UHGV virus genome: UHGV-1472163
Length of the DNA stretch: 40,843 nucleotides
Source of the DNA: a virus
Reading direction: 5' to 3' (one strand)
In this document: piece by piece, positions 1-8,599 of the stretch
Numbering within the stretch: position 1 is the stretch's first letter
Layout: the number at the start of each line of letters is the position of its first letter
Notes under the pieces: model-generated
The model's input: the letters and a program-made list of their open reading frames with translations, nothing else
What the model was told of the DNA's origin: nothing
Databases searched by the model: none
Program-made: the position numbers and the translations under genes

Positions 1-60
1 ATAAAACATCATGCAGACATATTACCAATATTAATATAAGGTAATAAAAATATAATTTAC

Positions 61-90
61 AAAAAAGCCCGTTGGAAGCGACGGGCATTA
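61..90 (-). terminator. Putative Rho-independent terminator downstream of int
   Basis: Hairpin GCCCGT-N8-ACGGGC preceded on + strand by A6 (T6 on - strand), about 150 bp 3' of the int stop. Confidence 0.4.
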
Positions 91-237
91 ACCGCGGTAA
101 TGGATAAATTATTAATGTTTTTAGATTGTGAACGATATCATATTGTGCGGAAGTAGTGAAGTAACCATGTAGAATGATTGTTTCATAGCCTATGAGACAC
201 ACAAGGCTTTGTGCTCTTCGATAGTTGTTAAGGCGGA

Positions 238-1395
238 TCACTCTACCTTCTCATCAAGCCAATCCGCCCACCACTGCATCATTTCTCTGCGCTTATCGAG
301 ATACTGAGCATGGTTGTAAATCCCACGCACAGATCCGCCGTTGGCATGTGCCAGTTGCACTTCAATAGCGTCAGCAGGCCATTCGTGCTCGTTCATAATC
401 GTGCTGAATTCATGCCTGAATCCGTGACCGCTTTCCAGACCTTCATAGCCGATTTGTTTGATCACAAGCAATACCGCGTTCTCGCAGATTGGTTTCTTCT
501 TATCGTTGCGCCCGGCAAAAACAAACTCTGAGACTGGTTTGGTGATTGAGCTTAGCGTAGTAAGAAGTTCAACCACTTGGTCTGACATAGGAACCACATG
601 AATTTTGCGTCCCTTCATCACACTGGCGTCGATGGTGATAATCCTGTTTTCAAAATCGACGCTCTTCCATTGCATGGAACGAAGCTCTTTCGTTCTTAGG
701 GCTGTGTAGCGTAAGACTTTGGTCGCAATGAGCGATACGATACTTCCTGAAAATGTTGCCAGTGCTTTGTTGAATGCAGGGATCTGGTCTGCTGGAAGAA
801 ACGGGAAGTTCTTCTTGCGGTATCCTTTCATGGCGTCTGCAAGGTCAGGTGCCGGGTTATATTTAGCCCTTCCGGTGACAATAGCGTAACGAAAAACCTC
901 GCCGCATCTTCTGCGGGCTTTATTGGCTCGTTCCATTGCACCGCGATCTTCAAATCTGCGGATTACTTCCAGCAGTTGCATCGGCTCAATATCCTGAATC
1001 TCAAGACCGCCGATGATAGGTAAAATGTCGTCATCAAACATTTTTGCAAGTTCAGTCGCATACCCTACTGACCATACTTGCTTCTTGTGCTCGTACCATT
1101 CTTTGTAAATCGCACTAAAGGAATTGTTGTTAGACGAAGCCTTTTTCGCCTTTACCGGATCGATGCCAACCGAGATGTCTTTCTTCGCGGTCCATGCTTT
1201 ATCTCTTGCCTCCTGCAAAGTCATTAGCGGATATTTTCCTACGGTCAGTATTTTTTCCTTACCGTCAATCTTGTAGCGAAGCTGCCATACCTTTTTCCCT
1301 GATACAGGGACATAAAGATACAGGCCATTACCGTCGAGAAGGCGGTATGGTTTTTCTTTCGGCTTTGCTGCTTCAATCTGCTTAACGGTGAGCAT
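238..1395 (-). CDS. int: Phage integrase, tyrosine recombinase (P4-like family)
   Basis: Track ORF 238..1431 trimmed to in-frame Met13 (MLTVKQIEAAKP...); N-terminal arm-binding-type motif YRLLDGNGLYLYV, C-terminal catalytic region (GHGFRHEF, NHAQYL); sits next to xis at the prophage end. Confidence 0.85.
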   Translation of the reverse strand: MLTVKQIEAAKPKEKPYRLLDGNGLYLYVPVSGKKVWQLRYKIDGKEKILTVGKYPLMTLQEARDKAWTAKKDISVGIDPVKAKKASSNNNSFSAIYKEWYEHKKQVWSVGYATELAKMFDDDILPIIGGLEIQDIEPMQLLEVIRRFEDRGAMERANKARRRCGEVFRYAIVTGRAKYNPAPDLADAMKGYRKKNFPFLPADQIPAFNKALATFSGSIVSLIATKVLRYTALRTKELRSMQWKSVDFENRIITIDASVMKGRKIHVVPMSDQVVELLTTLSSITKPVSEFVFAGRNDKKKPICENAVLLVIKQIGYEGLESGHGFRHEFSTIMNEHEWPADAIEVQLAHANGGSVRGIYNHAQYLDKRREMMQWWADWLDEKVE

Positions 1396-1651
1396 GGGTA
1401 AAAATCCGGTGGGTAAAATTATTTTATCCACTTTTTACCCGTCATGGAGTGCGGCTGTCAACGATCTGACGCGAACCATTACGAACTGTGAATCTACGGA
1501 AGGCTTGATATTCAGGGGATTTTGCGGACTGTTACGGATGGGAGCGAACTGATAAATGGTGTCCCCTGCAGACATCTACTTGAAGCGGCAGGGGATTGAT
1601 TGGAATGGTGTTTTTTAGATGTGAAAAATATTTTACCCGCTATTTTACCCA
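1396..1651. repeat. Five copies of octamer GGGTAAAA/TTTTACCC in the int-xis intergenic region (candidate Int/Xis binding sites)
   Basis: GGGTAAAA at about 1396 and 1411; TTTTACCC at about 1433, 1631 and 1644; all non-coding once int starts at 1395. Confidence 0.4.
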
Positions 1652-1860
1652 TTGGCGCGGCTTAAGAGCTTATTTTTGAATTCACAATGGTCACGATATA
1701 ACCATCTTGCTCGCCCGTGGATAACTTTGGCTTTAGGCAGGTCCCCGGACTTAATCCGGTCATAGATGAAGGTTTTACCAAAGCCAGTATCAGCCATGAT
1801 GAATTTCAAATCAACCAGTGAATCAGGCTGTAGTTCGTGTTGCATGAGTGCTATCTCCAA
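1645..1860 (-). CDS. xis: Excisionase / AlpA-family small DNA-binding protein
   Basis: 71-aa ORF directly upstream of int on the same strand; AlpA/Xis-like helix-turn-helix (ADTGFGKTFIYDRIKSGDLP...ARWL). Confidence 0.7.
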   Translation of the reverse strand: MEIALMQHELQPDSLVDLKFIMADTGFGKTFIYDRIKSGDLPKAKVIHGRARWLYRDHCEFKNKLLSRANG

Positions 1861-1888
1861 ATAGGGAATCGAACCTGCAAATCAGGCA

Positions 1889-1912
1889 ATAAAAAACCGC
1901 CATCAGGCGGCT
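1889..1912 (-). terminator. Putative Rho-independent terminator between ea-region genes and xis
   Basis: Stem CCGCC/GGCGG followed on - strand by T6; overlaps stop of the small ORF 1903..2070. Confidence 0.35.
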
Positions 1913-2070
1913 TGGTGTTCTTTCAGTTCTTCAATTCGAATATTGGTTACGTCTGCATGTGCTATCTGCGCCCATATCATCCAGTGGTCATAGCAGTCAT
2001 TGATGTTCTCTGCTTCGATAACTCTGTTGAATGGTTCTCCATTCCATTCACCTGTGACTCGGAAGTGCAT
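1903..2070 (-). CDS. Hypothetical small protein (55 aa), ea region
   Basis: ORF below the track cutoff, translated by hand: MHFRVTGEWNGEPFNRVIEAENINDCYDHWMIWAQIAHADVTNIRIEELKEHQAA. Confidence 0.35.
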   Translation of the reverse strand: MHFRVTGEWNGEPFNRVIEAENINDCYDHWMIWAQIAHADVTNIRIEELKEHQAA

Positions 2071-2142
2071 TTATCATCTCCATAAAACAAAACCCGCCGT
2101 AGCGAGTTCAGATAAAAGAAATCCCCGCGAATGCGAGGATTG

Positions 2143-2427
2143 TTATTCATTGCTGATATTCACCTTTATCGCGAACACCTTTACCGGTTTATCGCCGAAG
2201 TGCGGATGTGTGATTGTCTTGATTTCATATCCGTCATACGGAACATCAATTCTACGGCTGGAATCGTCGCGCTTCGGATATCCCTTTGTGATAATCAGGC
2301 GGTCATACTCGCGGAACATAATTCGCTTATTCCAGTAGTCATTACACAGGCGATACTCTTCCGTTTTCTCTCCGCGAATCATGGCATCGAAGTATTCACC
2401 TTTAACGGCAAGTTGCAGGTTAGCCAC
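2143..2427 (-). CDS. Hypothetical ea-region protein (94 aa)
   Basis: Track ORF, co-directional with neighbours, start overlaps stop of upstream gene. Confidence 0.55.
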   Translation of the reverse strand: MANLQLAVKGEYFDAMIRGEKTEEYRLCNDYWNKRIMFREYDRLIITKGYPKRDDSSRRIDVPYDGYEIKTITHPHFGDKPVKVFAIKVNISNE

Positions 2428-2707
2428 GACCTTCCTCCTTTGGCTTGTGAATTTGTATCGTCATGCCGCTTTGAGTGGTGACTACAACGACAGAACCAGG
2501 CTGAAGACTGTTAAGATTGAATGCTTCGTAAAACGAAGCCAAGGCCAGCGCTTTTTTATTCTTTCGGTTCCACCAACGCCATCCATTGCTACAGGCTACA
2601 CTGACAATCCACTGCCCACTCCTGTAAGCCATATAAAACCAGATGAGCAAAACCTGAATGAATGCTATCCAGTCAATAATCGTATATTTCGCGAAGGAGT
2701 CCATCAC
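2420..2707 (-). CDS. Hypothetical membrane protein (95 aa)
   Basis: Track ORF with hydrophobic segment IIDWIAFIQVLLIWFYMAY; 4-nt overlap with flanking genes. Confidence 0.5.
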   Translation of the reverse strand: MMDSFAKYTIIDWIAFIQVLLIWFYMAYRSGQWIVSVACSNGWRWWNRKNKKALALASFYEAFNLNSLQPGSVVVVTTQSGMTIQIHKPKEEGRG

Positions 2708-3291
2708 TTCACCTCCTGCGGCGGTTCCGGTAGCCGCATCCAGTCGGTTACATTACGACTCTGTGTTTCGAAAAATTCATCACCATTGCGGACAATATCG
2801 AAAAACTCTCCGTCTCGATATTGCGCATAAAGAACGAATGCGCCATCACATAAAATAATTACGTGCTGACCATCATCTGGCATTCGCTCACTACAGCTTA
2901 TCCAACCATCCGGAGTTACCGGATAGTTGCCCGACAGCTCGTTCAACTTGTAAGTTTGGCTTACAGGTTCGGCTTCCAGTTCTGCAATGCGCTTCTCTGC
3001 AGCTTCCAGCTCAACGCGCAGCCTCCCAACCGTTAGCGCAATATCCTCGTTCTCCTGGTCGCGGCGTTTGATGTATTGCTGGTTTCTTTCCCGTTCATCC
3101 AGCAGTGCCAGCACGGTTTCTGGTCCGGTCAGAAATTTGAAGGCGTTGAGCGCATCAATATCCACACCGTAATCTTTAAGTTCCTGTTCACTTAACAAAT
3201 CATCATCAACTGGCAACATTAGCAGGCGATCCATTGCCGGAATTGCACGCTCTGCCTCCTCACGCAGTGCCTGATAGTCAATCTTGCTCAC
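2704..3291 (-). CDS. Hypothetical ea-region protein with DUF551-like C-terminal domain
   Basis: 195-aa ORF; C-terminal CSERMPDDGQHVIIL...DGEFFD pattern resembles DUF551 as I recall it; not searched. Confidence 0.6.
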   Translation of the reverse strand: MSKIDYQALREEAERAIPAMDRLLMLPVDDDLLSEQELKDYGVDIDALNAFKFLTGPETVLALLDERERNQQYIKRRDQENEDIALTVGRLRVELEAAEKRIAELEAEPVSQTYKLNELSGNYPVTPDGWISCSERMPDDGQHVIILCDGAFVLYAQYRDGEFFDIVRNGDEFFETQSRNVTDWMRLPEPPQEVK

Positions 3292-3881
3292 TGGTTGCCT
3301 CCTTTGCGAAGCTGGGCAGCAAAGTCAACTAACCACTCAGTCATTTCAACCTTCCCTACCAGGTCTGAACCAGGGTGCATACAGCAATCACTCTGCGCCG
3401 CTTTGAAATCCTTATACTCATATTCTTGGACCACCAGATTTTTTGCAGCTTCTATAGCAGCATCCACCCCCTGCGCCCGCACTTCAGACAGGAAAGCATC
3501 AGTGGCTGGAATGGGCTTTTGTGGTGATATAGCAATGCGAATTGTCTCAAGGTCTGGATCTGTTTCCGCTGCTGGCACCTTGATATAACCCATCTGCACC
3601 CCATTCATGATGAACCTGCGACGGTCATCACATATCGCCTTTAGCCCCGCACTCTCCGCTGCCAGCGCCGCGCACTTGGCCTCAAGGTTATCAATCGTGA
3701 TTCCAGCAGAACGACACTCCCGCAACGCCGTTTCCAGTTTTGATTCAAGCTCACCGAACTTACGCACCAGATATTCAGCGTTTGTTTCGTTAACCTTTAA
3801 ATCTCGTGGGATGCATTTACCTTTCAGAAATCCATCCATCTCAATTAGTGACATTTGTTTCATTTCTTCCCACTCCGCCAC
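3288..3881 (-). CDS. Hypothetical ea-region protein (197 aa, apparent GTG start)
   Basis: Track ORF; 4-nt overlap with downstream gene suggests translational coupling. Confidence 0.55.
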   Translation of the reverse strand: MAEWEEMKQMSLIEMDGFLKGKCIPRDLKVNETNAEYLVRKFGELESKLETALRECRSAGITIDNLEAKCAALAAESAGLKAICDDRRRFIMNGVQMGYIKVPAAETDPDLETIRIAISPQKPIPATDAFLSEVRAQGVDAAIEAAKNLVVQEYEYKDFKAAQSDCCMHPGSDLVGKVEMTEWLVDFAAQLRKGGNQ

Positions 3882-4024
3882 ATCGCATTCAGATATTTGT
3901 TTTGATTTACTGAAGGAAAAGAATTTCTCTTAAGCAATTCCTCTCTCGATGGCATTGGCTTTACTCGTTGGCGAATAATCATTTCTGCCGGAAGAATGCC
4001 GGGATTGTATGCAAGTCCTCTCAT
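3860..4024 (-). CDS. Hypothetical small protein (54 aa)
   Basis: Hand-translated [57 protein letters not shown] filling the gap between track ORFs; ATGA start/stop overlap with upstream gene. Confidence 0.3.
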   Translation of the reverse strand: MRGLAYNPGILPAEMIIRQRVKPMPSREELLKRNSFPSVNQNKYLNAMWRSGKK

Positions 4025-4302
4025 GATTTACTCTCCACTAACTGGTCAATAGCCATGCTAAGTGACATACCTAAAGTTTCGATATGCTGCTGAATATCCT
4101 GTAGCGTCTGCGCCTGAGATAACAGGATTTCACGGTTGCATAACTCTTTAACCAGATGCTCAAACTTGCTGTAATAACCGATACGACTTAGTGTTTCTTT
4201 CCCTGCATTCTCGCCTTCTTTGATAATTCCTCTTTCACTAAGAATCAGGTCGTGTTTGGTTCCGGTAATAACGTATTTTCCGAGGTCGATGTTTAGCTTC
4301 AT
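4021..4302 (-). CDS. Hypothetical protein (93 aa)
   Basis: Track ORF in leftward operon. Confidence 0.55.
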   Translation of the reverse strand: MKLNIDLGKYVITGTKHDLILSERGIIKEGENAGKETLSRIGYYSKFEHLVKELCNREILLSQAQTLQDIQQHIETLGMSLSMAIDQLVESKS

Positions 4303-4318
4303 TGTTAATTACTCCATG

Positions 4319-4633
4319 TTAATTTATTCGTATGCCTGCTCTTTCTTCATCGAGTTTTTTTAGCTTGTATCGCATAGCTCTTACTGAATAAATTGAGCGG
4401 CAGGTTGCAATTGCTATTTCTTCTGCGGAGAACTTACCGAAAAGTGATACTTCGGCTCTTGTCCAGCGTCTTCCACGAAGTCGGCTAACAATGTCAGCGC
4501 CAATCCTTGTTGCTTTTGCCATTACTGCTTTTTCAGTCCTTTCCAGTTTTTCAGCGATAACTTGAACTGGCATTGTCGCCGCTACTTCGCGCAAGAAATC
4601 GACTTCCCATTTCTCCCATGGAGTCTTTTTCAT
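4319..4633 (-). CDS. Hypothetical protein (104 aa), basic
   Basis: Track ORF in leftward operon. Confidence 0.55.
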   Translation of the reverse strand: MKKTPWEKWEVDFLREVAATMPVQVIAEKLERTEKAVMAKATRIGADIVSRLRGRRWTRAEVSLFGKFSAEEIAIATCRSIYSVRAMRYKLKKLDEERAGIRIN

Positions 4634-4644
4634 AGTCGATACCG

Positions 4645-5133
4645 TTATTTGATAAGAAGTGAAGGTTTCCCAACCTTGAGTTGAGCGCCGGGGATATTTA
4701 TTCCTGCTTTTAGTTGGTGCTTGATTGCCAACTTGTCGGCTTTAATTGTCGTTTCGAACTCAACGTATTCAGGAGGAAGGGCGCTTGAGTCGATGATTTC
4801 TACAGTTTCTGACGGTTTGCGGATTGTTACCTGGTGAATACCTGCTCTAATCTTTTTCTTGCCAACCATTTCAAGCGATGACGCTATATATGATTTGATG
4901 CTGTCAATCTTATTTTGAATTACTGCGGCTCGCTCATTCAGCGACTTTGCCTCTTCCTTGAGGCGTTCAGCATAACCAGATTCATTTTTAATGACGGAAA
5001 GAAGTTGCTCTATTTTATCGGTAAATTCTCCTTCCATGCCTTCTATTGTGTCAGCAATCATCTCTGGTTCTAAATCTGAATCCATCAATTTTGCGTATTC
5101 ATTGGCAATTTCATACAGTTTGCTCACTGGCAA
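4645..5133 (-). CDS. Gp157-like protein associated with RecT recombination modules
   Basis: 162-aa acidic coiled-coil protein immediately downstream of and overlapping recT; family assignment from memory only. Confidence 0.45.
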   Translation of the reverse strand: MPVSKLYEIANEYAKLMDSDLEPEMIADTIEGMEGEFTDKIEQLLSVIKNESGYAERLKEEAKSLNERAAVIQNKIDSIKSYIASSLEMVGKKKIRAGIHQVTIRKPSETVEIIDSSALPPEYVEFETTIKADKLAIKHQLKAGINIPGAQLKVGKPSLLIK

Positions 5134-6013
5134 CCTCCAGTTTCGCTTTGCATTCTGCGTAAATGGCTTGTACGTTCTGCTGCAATTTCATTCCAGATGT
5201 CAGGCGATATGCTTCTGCAAAATATCGCTTCAAATCATCCATGTTTTCTGCCTGAGCCATTTCATCGCAAAGAAGTTGTGCTTTATCCATTATTTCCTGC
5301 TGGCGTTTCCGTTCATCTTCGCGGATATCTTCCTCTGATTTGTGCGGCATAACTGGTTCCTGATGCATACCTTCATCTTCGTTAAGAAGGTGAATGGCAT
5401 TATCCAGTCGCTGGGCTTTAGGCCAGTATTTGCTGGCGCGTTTAACTATTGTTTTACGCGCCATCTCTTCCCAGAATGTTTTCCACGGTCCATTCTTTGC
5501 CTTGCTCGTTGCTTCCACAGCTTTAATTTCTGCCAGACTCATTTCTTCAGTCAGGTAGTCACCATCTGCTGTTTTAACCGTGCAATAACCTCCAACAATA
5601 GAGCCTCGCTCACCAAATGCGTTGTATTTGTGGGTTGGTGCTGAATCAAGGCCATTTGATTCATAGGTGTCGTTTGAGTACACCAGTTTGCATTGCCCCC
5701 ACTTAATAGAACCTGTCGATTGCGCAAGGTGAAGTAATCCCATATAGCTGATATCAAGGCAAACCATGCCGTCGCGCGGAACTAGATAAGCAAGTTTGCT
5801 GGCCGGGTTTAAGGTGATGCCGATCGCCGCAACATTGATGATGGCGTTCTGTGCGCTGGTTGGGTTTGCCAGTGCTGTTTTAGCCAGGTAATCGTTTTTC
5901 TGGAAATACTGAATTGCAAACTGGCTTTCCTTAGCCCATGTCACCGTCTGTTCAGTCAATGCTCCGCAGAATAACTGCTCCTGCTGTTTAACGAATTCAA
6001 CGATATTGCTCAT
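5111..6013 (-). CDS. recT: RecT-family single-strand annealing recombinase
   Basis: 300-aa ORF with RecT/Bet-like core; sits in the recombination-module position of the pL operon. Confidence 0.85.
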   Translation of the reverse strand: MSNIVEFVKQQEQLFCGALTEQTVTWAKESQFAIQYFQKNDYLAKTALANPTSAQNAIINVAAIGITLNPASKLAYLVPRDGMVCLDISYMGLLHLAQSTGSIKWGQCKLVYSNDTYESNGLDSAPTHKYNAFGERGSIVGGYCTVKTADGDYLTEEMSLAEIKAVEATSKAKNGPWKTFWEEMARKTIVKRASKYWPKAQRLDNAIHLLNEDEGMHQEPVMPHKSEEDIREDERKRQQEIMDKAQLLCDEMAQAENMDDLKRYFAEAYRLTSGMKLQQNVQAIYAECKAKLEVASEQTV

Positions 6014-6321
6014 GCTGCTTCTCCATAAATGTGTCTGCGTTTGAATATTGCGAAGGCATATTCAGCCTTAACTCTTTCGGTTATTGCATCCCAGAACCAT
6101 TCAGCGGCTTTTTCCTGATAGTTACAGTCAGCATCTTCCAGCCAGTCGATAGCGTCCTTAGTGTGTTCATCTGGTTTATATGAGCGAAGCATTTCGCTTA
6201 TTGGGTCGCAACGTTTGCAGAGGCGATCAACTTCACTGTTGATTCGTTCGTAATCTTCATCAGTAAAACTTGCGATTATTTGCGATATTTCACGCTTATC
6301 ATTCAGAGTCAGAATCATCAT
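6010..6321 (-). CDS. Hypothetical protein (103 aa) upstream of recT
   Basis: Track ORF; occupies the gam/abc-like slot; no motif recognised. Confidence 0.55.
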   Translation of the reverse strand: MMILTLNDKREISQIIASFTDEDYERINSEVDRLCKRCDPISEMLRSYKPDEHTKDAIDWLEDADCNYQEKAAEWFWDAITERVKAEYAFAIFKRRHIYGEAA

Positions 6322-6402
6322 CTTTCTCCTGTTCTTTGTGCTGATTGAGCATTTTGTTCATCTGACGAATGAACTCTTCGTCTGACCAGTTATCTGTAAA
6401 AC

Positions 6403-6555
6403 TCATTTCCTGCGATACCATGGAAGGTTGATAGCTGATTTCATCGCTTTATTTGCTTCAAGCCACATTTTGGAATCACCAATAAATCTGGCTATTACTG
6501 CTTTGTTTTGTGCAGCACGAAGCATCTGGTGATTAATGGCTATTTCATTGCGCAT
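6403..6555 (-). CDS. kil: Kil-like host-killing / cell-division inhibitor protein (50 aa)
   Basis: Hand-translated ORF MRNEIAINHQMLRAAQNKAVIARFIGDSKMWLEANKAMKS...; IARFIGDSKMW resembles lambda Kil IATFIGDEKMF as I recall it; position directly downstream of cIII as in lambda. Confidence 0.5.
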   Translation of the reverse strand: MRNEIAINHQMLRAAQNKAVIARFIGDSKMWLEANKAMKSAINLPWYRRK

Positions 6556-6671
6556 AAGGCCTCCAGTTGTTTCTTTGCTGCTCTGATTAATTGTTTAACT
6601 CGGCGTGATAATTCAGATTCGTGCGGGTAGAAAGCGGACATGACGCCGCTACCCGCGAGCTGAAAGTGCAT
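6540..6671 (-). CDS. cIII: CIII-like FtsH protease inhibitor
   Basis: Track ORF 6540..6728 trimmed to MHFQLAGSGVMSAFYPHESELSRRVKQLIRAAKKQL; matches lambda CIII pattern (MQYAIAG...SESLLERITRKLRDGWKRL). Confidence 0.6.
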   Translation of the reverse strand: MHFQLAGSGVMSAFYPHESELSRRVKQLIRAAKKQLEALCAMK

Positions 6672-6749
6672 CATGGGTAACTCCTTCTGTTTGATTGCAT
6701 AACGAAAATGCCTCTGGTGAAGCATCATTGGTATGCGATAAAGCCGCGC

Positions 6750-7118
6750 TCAGGCGGCTTTGATAGTCATATCATCTGAATCAAATATTCCTGATGTATC
6801 GATATCGGTAATTCTTATTCCTTCACTACCATCCATTGGAGGCCATCCTTCCTGACCATTTCCATCATCCCAGTCGAACTCACAAACAACACCATATGCA
6901 TTTAAGTCTTTCGAAATTGCTATAAGCAGAGCATGTTGCGCCAGCATGATTAATACAGCATTTAATACAGAGCCGTGTTTATTGAGTCGGTATTCAGAGT
7001 CTGACCAGAAATTATTAATCTGGTGAAGTTTTTCCTCTGTCATTACGTCATGGTCGATTTCAATTTCTATTGATGCTTTCCAGTCGTAATCAATGATGTA
7101 TTTTTTGATGTTTGACAT
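6750..7118 (-). CDS. Hypothetical protein (122 aa), AT-rich moron
   Basis: Track ORF; acidic C-terminus; lies between cIII and the N-proximal morons. Confidence 0.55.
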   Translation of the reverse strand: MSNIKKYIIDYDWKASIEIEIDHDVMTEEKLHQINNFWSDSEYRLNKHGSVLNAVLIMLAQHALLIAISKDLNAYGVVCEFDWDDGNGQEGWPPMDGSEGIRITDIDTSGIFDSDDMTIKAA

Positions 7119-7136
7119 CTATTCATATCCTCATAG

Positions 7137-7163
7137 ATAAAAATCGCCCTCACATTAGAGGGC
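7137..7163 (-). terminator. Putative Rho-independent terminator (tL-like)
   Basis: Stem GCCCTC/GAGGGC followed on - strand by T5. Confidence 0.3.
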
Positions 7164-7267
7164 AAAGAAGATTTCCAATAATCAGAACAAGTCGGCTCCT
7201 GTTTAGTTACGAGCGACATTGCTCCGTGTATTCACTCGTTGGAATGAATACACAGTGCTTATTCGTA

Positions 7268-7738
7268 CTAATAAAATACCCAATTTTCTGTTTCTTGGTT
7301 GTGTCCAAAGTTATATTCAATATCTGATGTTGATGTATCAATATTTTTCATCCCATCAACAAGAGTTGATACAACAGCCAAATCTTGTTTTATTCTCATT
7401 AAATGGTATTTCTTCCGGCGCAATAAACTTTCAATAGCAAGTTTCTTCGTTGGGAATGCAAAAGATCTTTCTGCATTTTTTGCTACTTTCTTAATTGCAT
7501 ATCTATTTCTCCTTTGTTTCCATTCCTGTAACCACTGATTTGGTGCTGGTTTAAAATTAACAATCCAATGCGCAGGAACCAACCATGCATAATGCTCTGT
7601 CTGATGAAAAGCTATATATTGAAGTGCGAATATTTTGATTCCATCTTCTTCAACTGTCGCTTGGAATCTCCAGAAAACAGGCATTCCCTCATGTTCAGTT
7701 TCTGATTCAGGAAAAGGTACGCTCCATGATTTTGTCAT
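7268..7738 (-). CDS. Hypothetical protein (156 aa), AT-rich moron in the sieB/ral position
   Basis: Track ORF; low GC; preceded by TTATTTGAGGTGAGAT-ATG, identical to the leader of the next gene. Confidence 0.6.
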   Translation of the reverse strand: MTKSWSVPFPESETEHEGMPVFWRFQATVEEDGIKIFALQYIAFHQTEHYAWLVPAHWIVNFKPAPNQWLQEWKQRRNRYAIKKVAKNAERSFAFPTKKLAIESLLRRKKYHLMRIKQDLAVVSTLVDGMKNIDTSTSDIEYNFGHNQETENWVFY

Positions 7739-7851
7739 ATCTCACCTCAAATAATTCAGTGCAGTGTTTATTCTGTTGTTTATGCCAAAAGAAGGCAGAC
7801 TATGCGGCCTGTGATGTTAGATTTACTTTCATTTTTGAACGGCAGCTACAA

Positions 7852-8115
7852 TTATGATGGAATGTACAAAACCTCTTTCCAGTTCATAGAAGTGGATGAT
7901 GGCATAAAATAATCCCACGACTCGTTAGCTACTAACTCTTTATTAACTGTGGTGGCAGCAATTTCGGCACCACCTTTATTATTAAAAATGTCGTTCGAAT
8001 ACTGACATTTTCCATCTGCATGCACATATAAAATATCATATGTCTCTGTATCGTAATCACCACTTATGTCTCTGATAACAATTCCTGGCTTCAATGATTT
8101 AATTTTCTTGTCCAT
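7852..8115 (-). CDS. Hypothetical protein (87 aa), AT-rich moron
   Basis: Track ORF; same 19-bp leader as 7268..7738; directly downstream of the N-like gene. Confidence 0.55.
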   Translation of the reverse strand: MDKKIKSLKPGIVIRDISGDYDTETYDILYVHADGKCQYSNDIFNNKGGAEIAATTVNKELVANESWDYFMPSSTSMNWKEVLYIPS

Positions 8116-8123
8116 ATCTCACC

Positions 8124-8423
8124 TCAAATAAGTGGTTTGCTGCCTAATTTCATTTTCTGGCGACCAACACAAGTAACACCCATTTCACTGCGTGGCTTGC
8201 GGTAGTAAATACGGTTCTGTTTACGCTCGACTTCTTCTGCCTTCTTGCAGCGAAGGCTTCCGAGTGATGCTGCTTTGTCTGCTCTGACGCAACCAGAGAG
8301 CTTTAGCGCAATTTTTCGCGCCAGTCGCTGCTCTTGCATTGCCTGTTCACGTTGAGCCTGTCTGCGTGCTCTGCGGCGATTTCTGGCGTTATCGTCAGCC
8401 AGATATGTAATGACTACTGTCAT
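8124..8423 (-). CDS. N: N-like transcription antiterminator
   Basis: First gene of leftward operon downstream of nutL; N-terminus MTVVITY... with arginine-rich motif NARNRRRARRQAQ; resembles P22 gp24 N-terminus as recalled. Confidence 0.55.
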   Translation of the reverse strand: MTVVITYLADDNARNRRRARRQAQREQAMQEQRLARKIALKLSGCVRADKAASLGSLRCKKAEEVERKQNRIYYRKPRSEMGVTCVGRQKMKLGSKPLI

Positions 8424-8529
8424 GTTGACCTCCGATGATTGACTTTGGCGGTGACGCGCCGGGTGCTTATCTTCCGGTTGCCGTCGTGCAGCTGCACTTC
8501 ACGCCACCCCAAAGCCAACTACTCTTTGG

Positions 8530-8571
8530 TTCCCGCATTTCGGCGGGACAATCCCATCAATGTTAAAGAGC
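8530..8571 (-). promoter_or_regulatory. nutL: boxA (GCTCTTTAACA) plus boxB hairpin
   Basis: On - strand GCTCTTTAACA followed by hairpin TCCCGC-CGAAAT-GCGGGA; same boxA/boxB pair recurs on + strand after cro. Confidence 0.5.
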
Positions 8572-8599
8572 TTGCCAACCTGTTCCGTTTGGCTACCAG

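Noticed and set aside
1396-1431. N-terminal 12-codon extension of int in the track ORF (MDKIILPTGFLP)
   Set aside because: It is encoded by the GGGTAAAA repeat region; the integrase family N-terminus aligns from the internal Met (MLTVKQIEAAKP).
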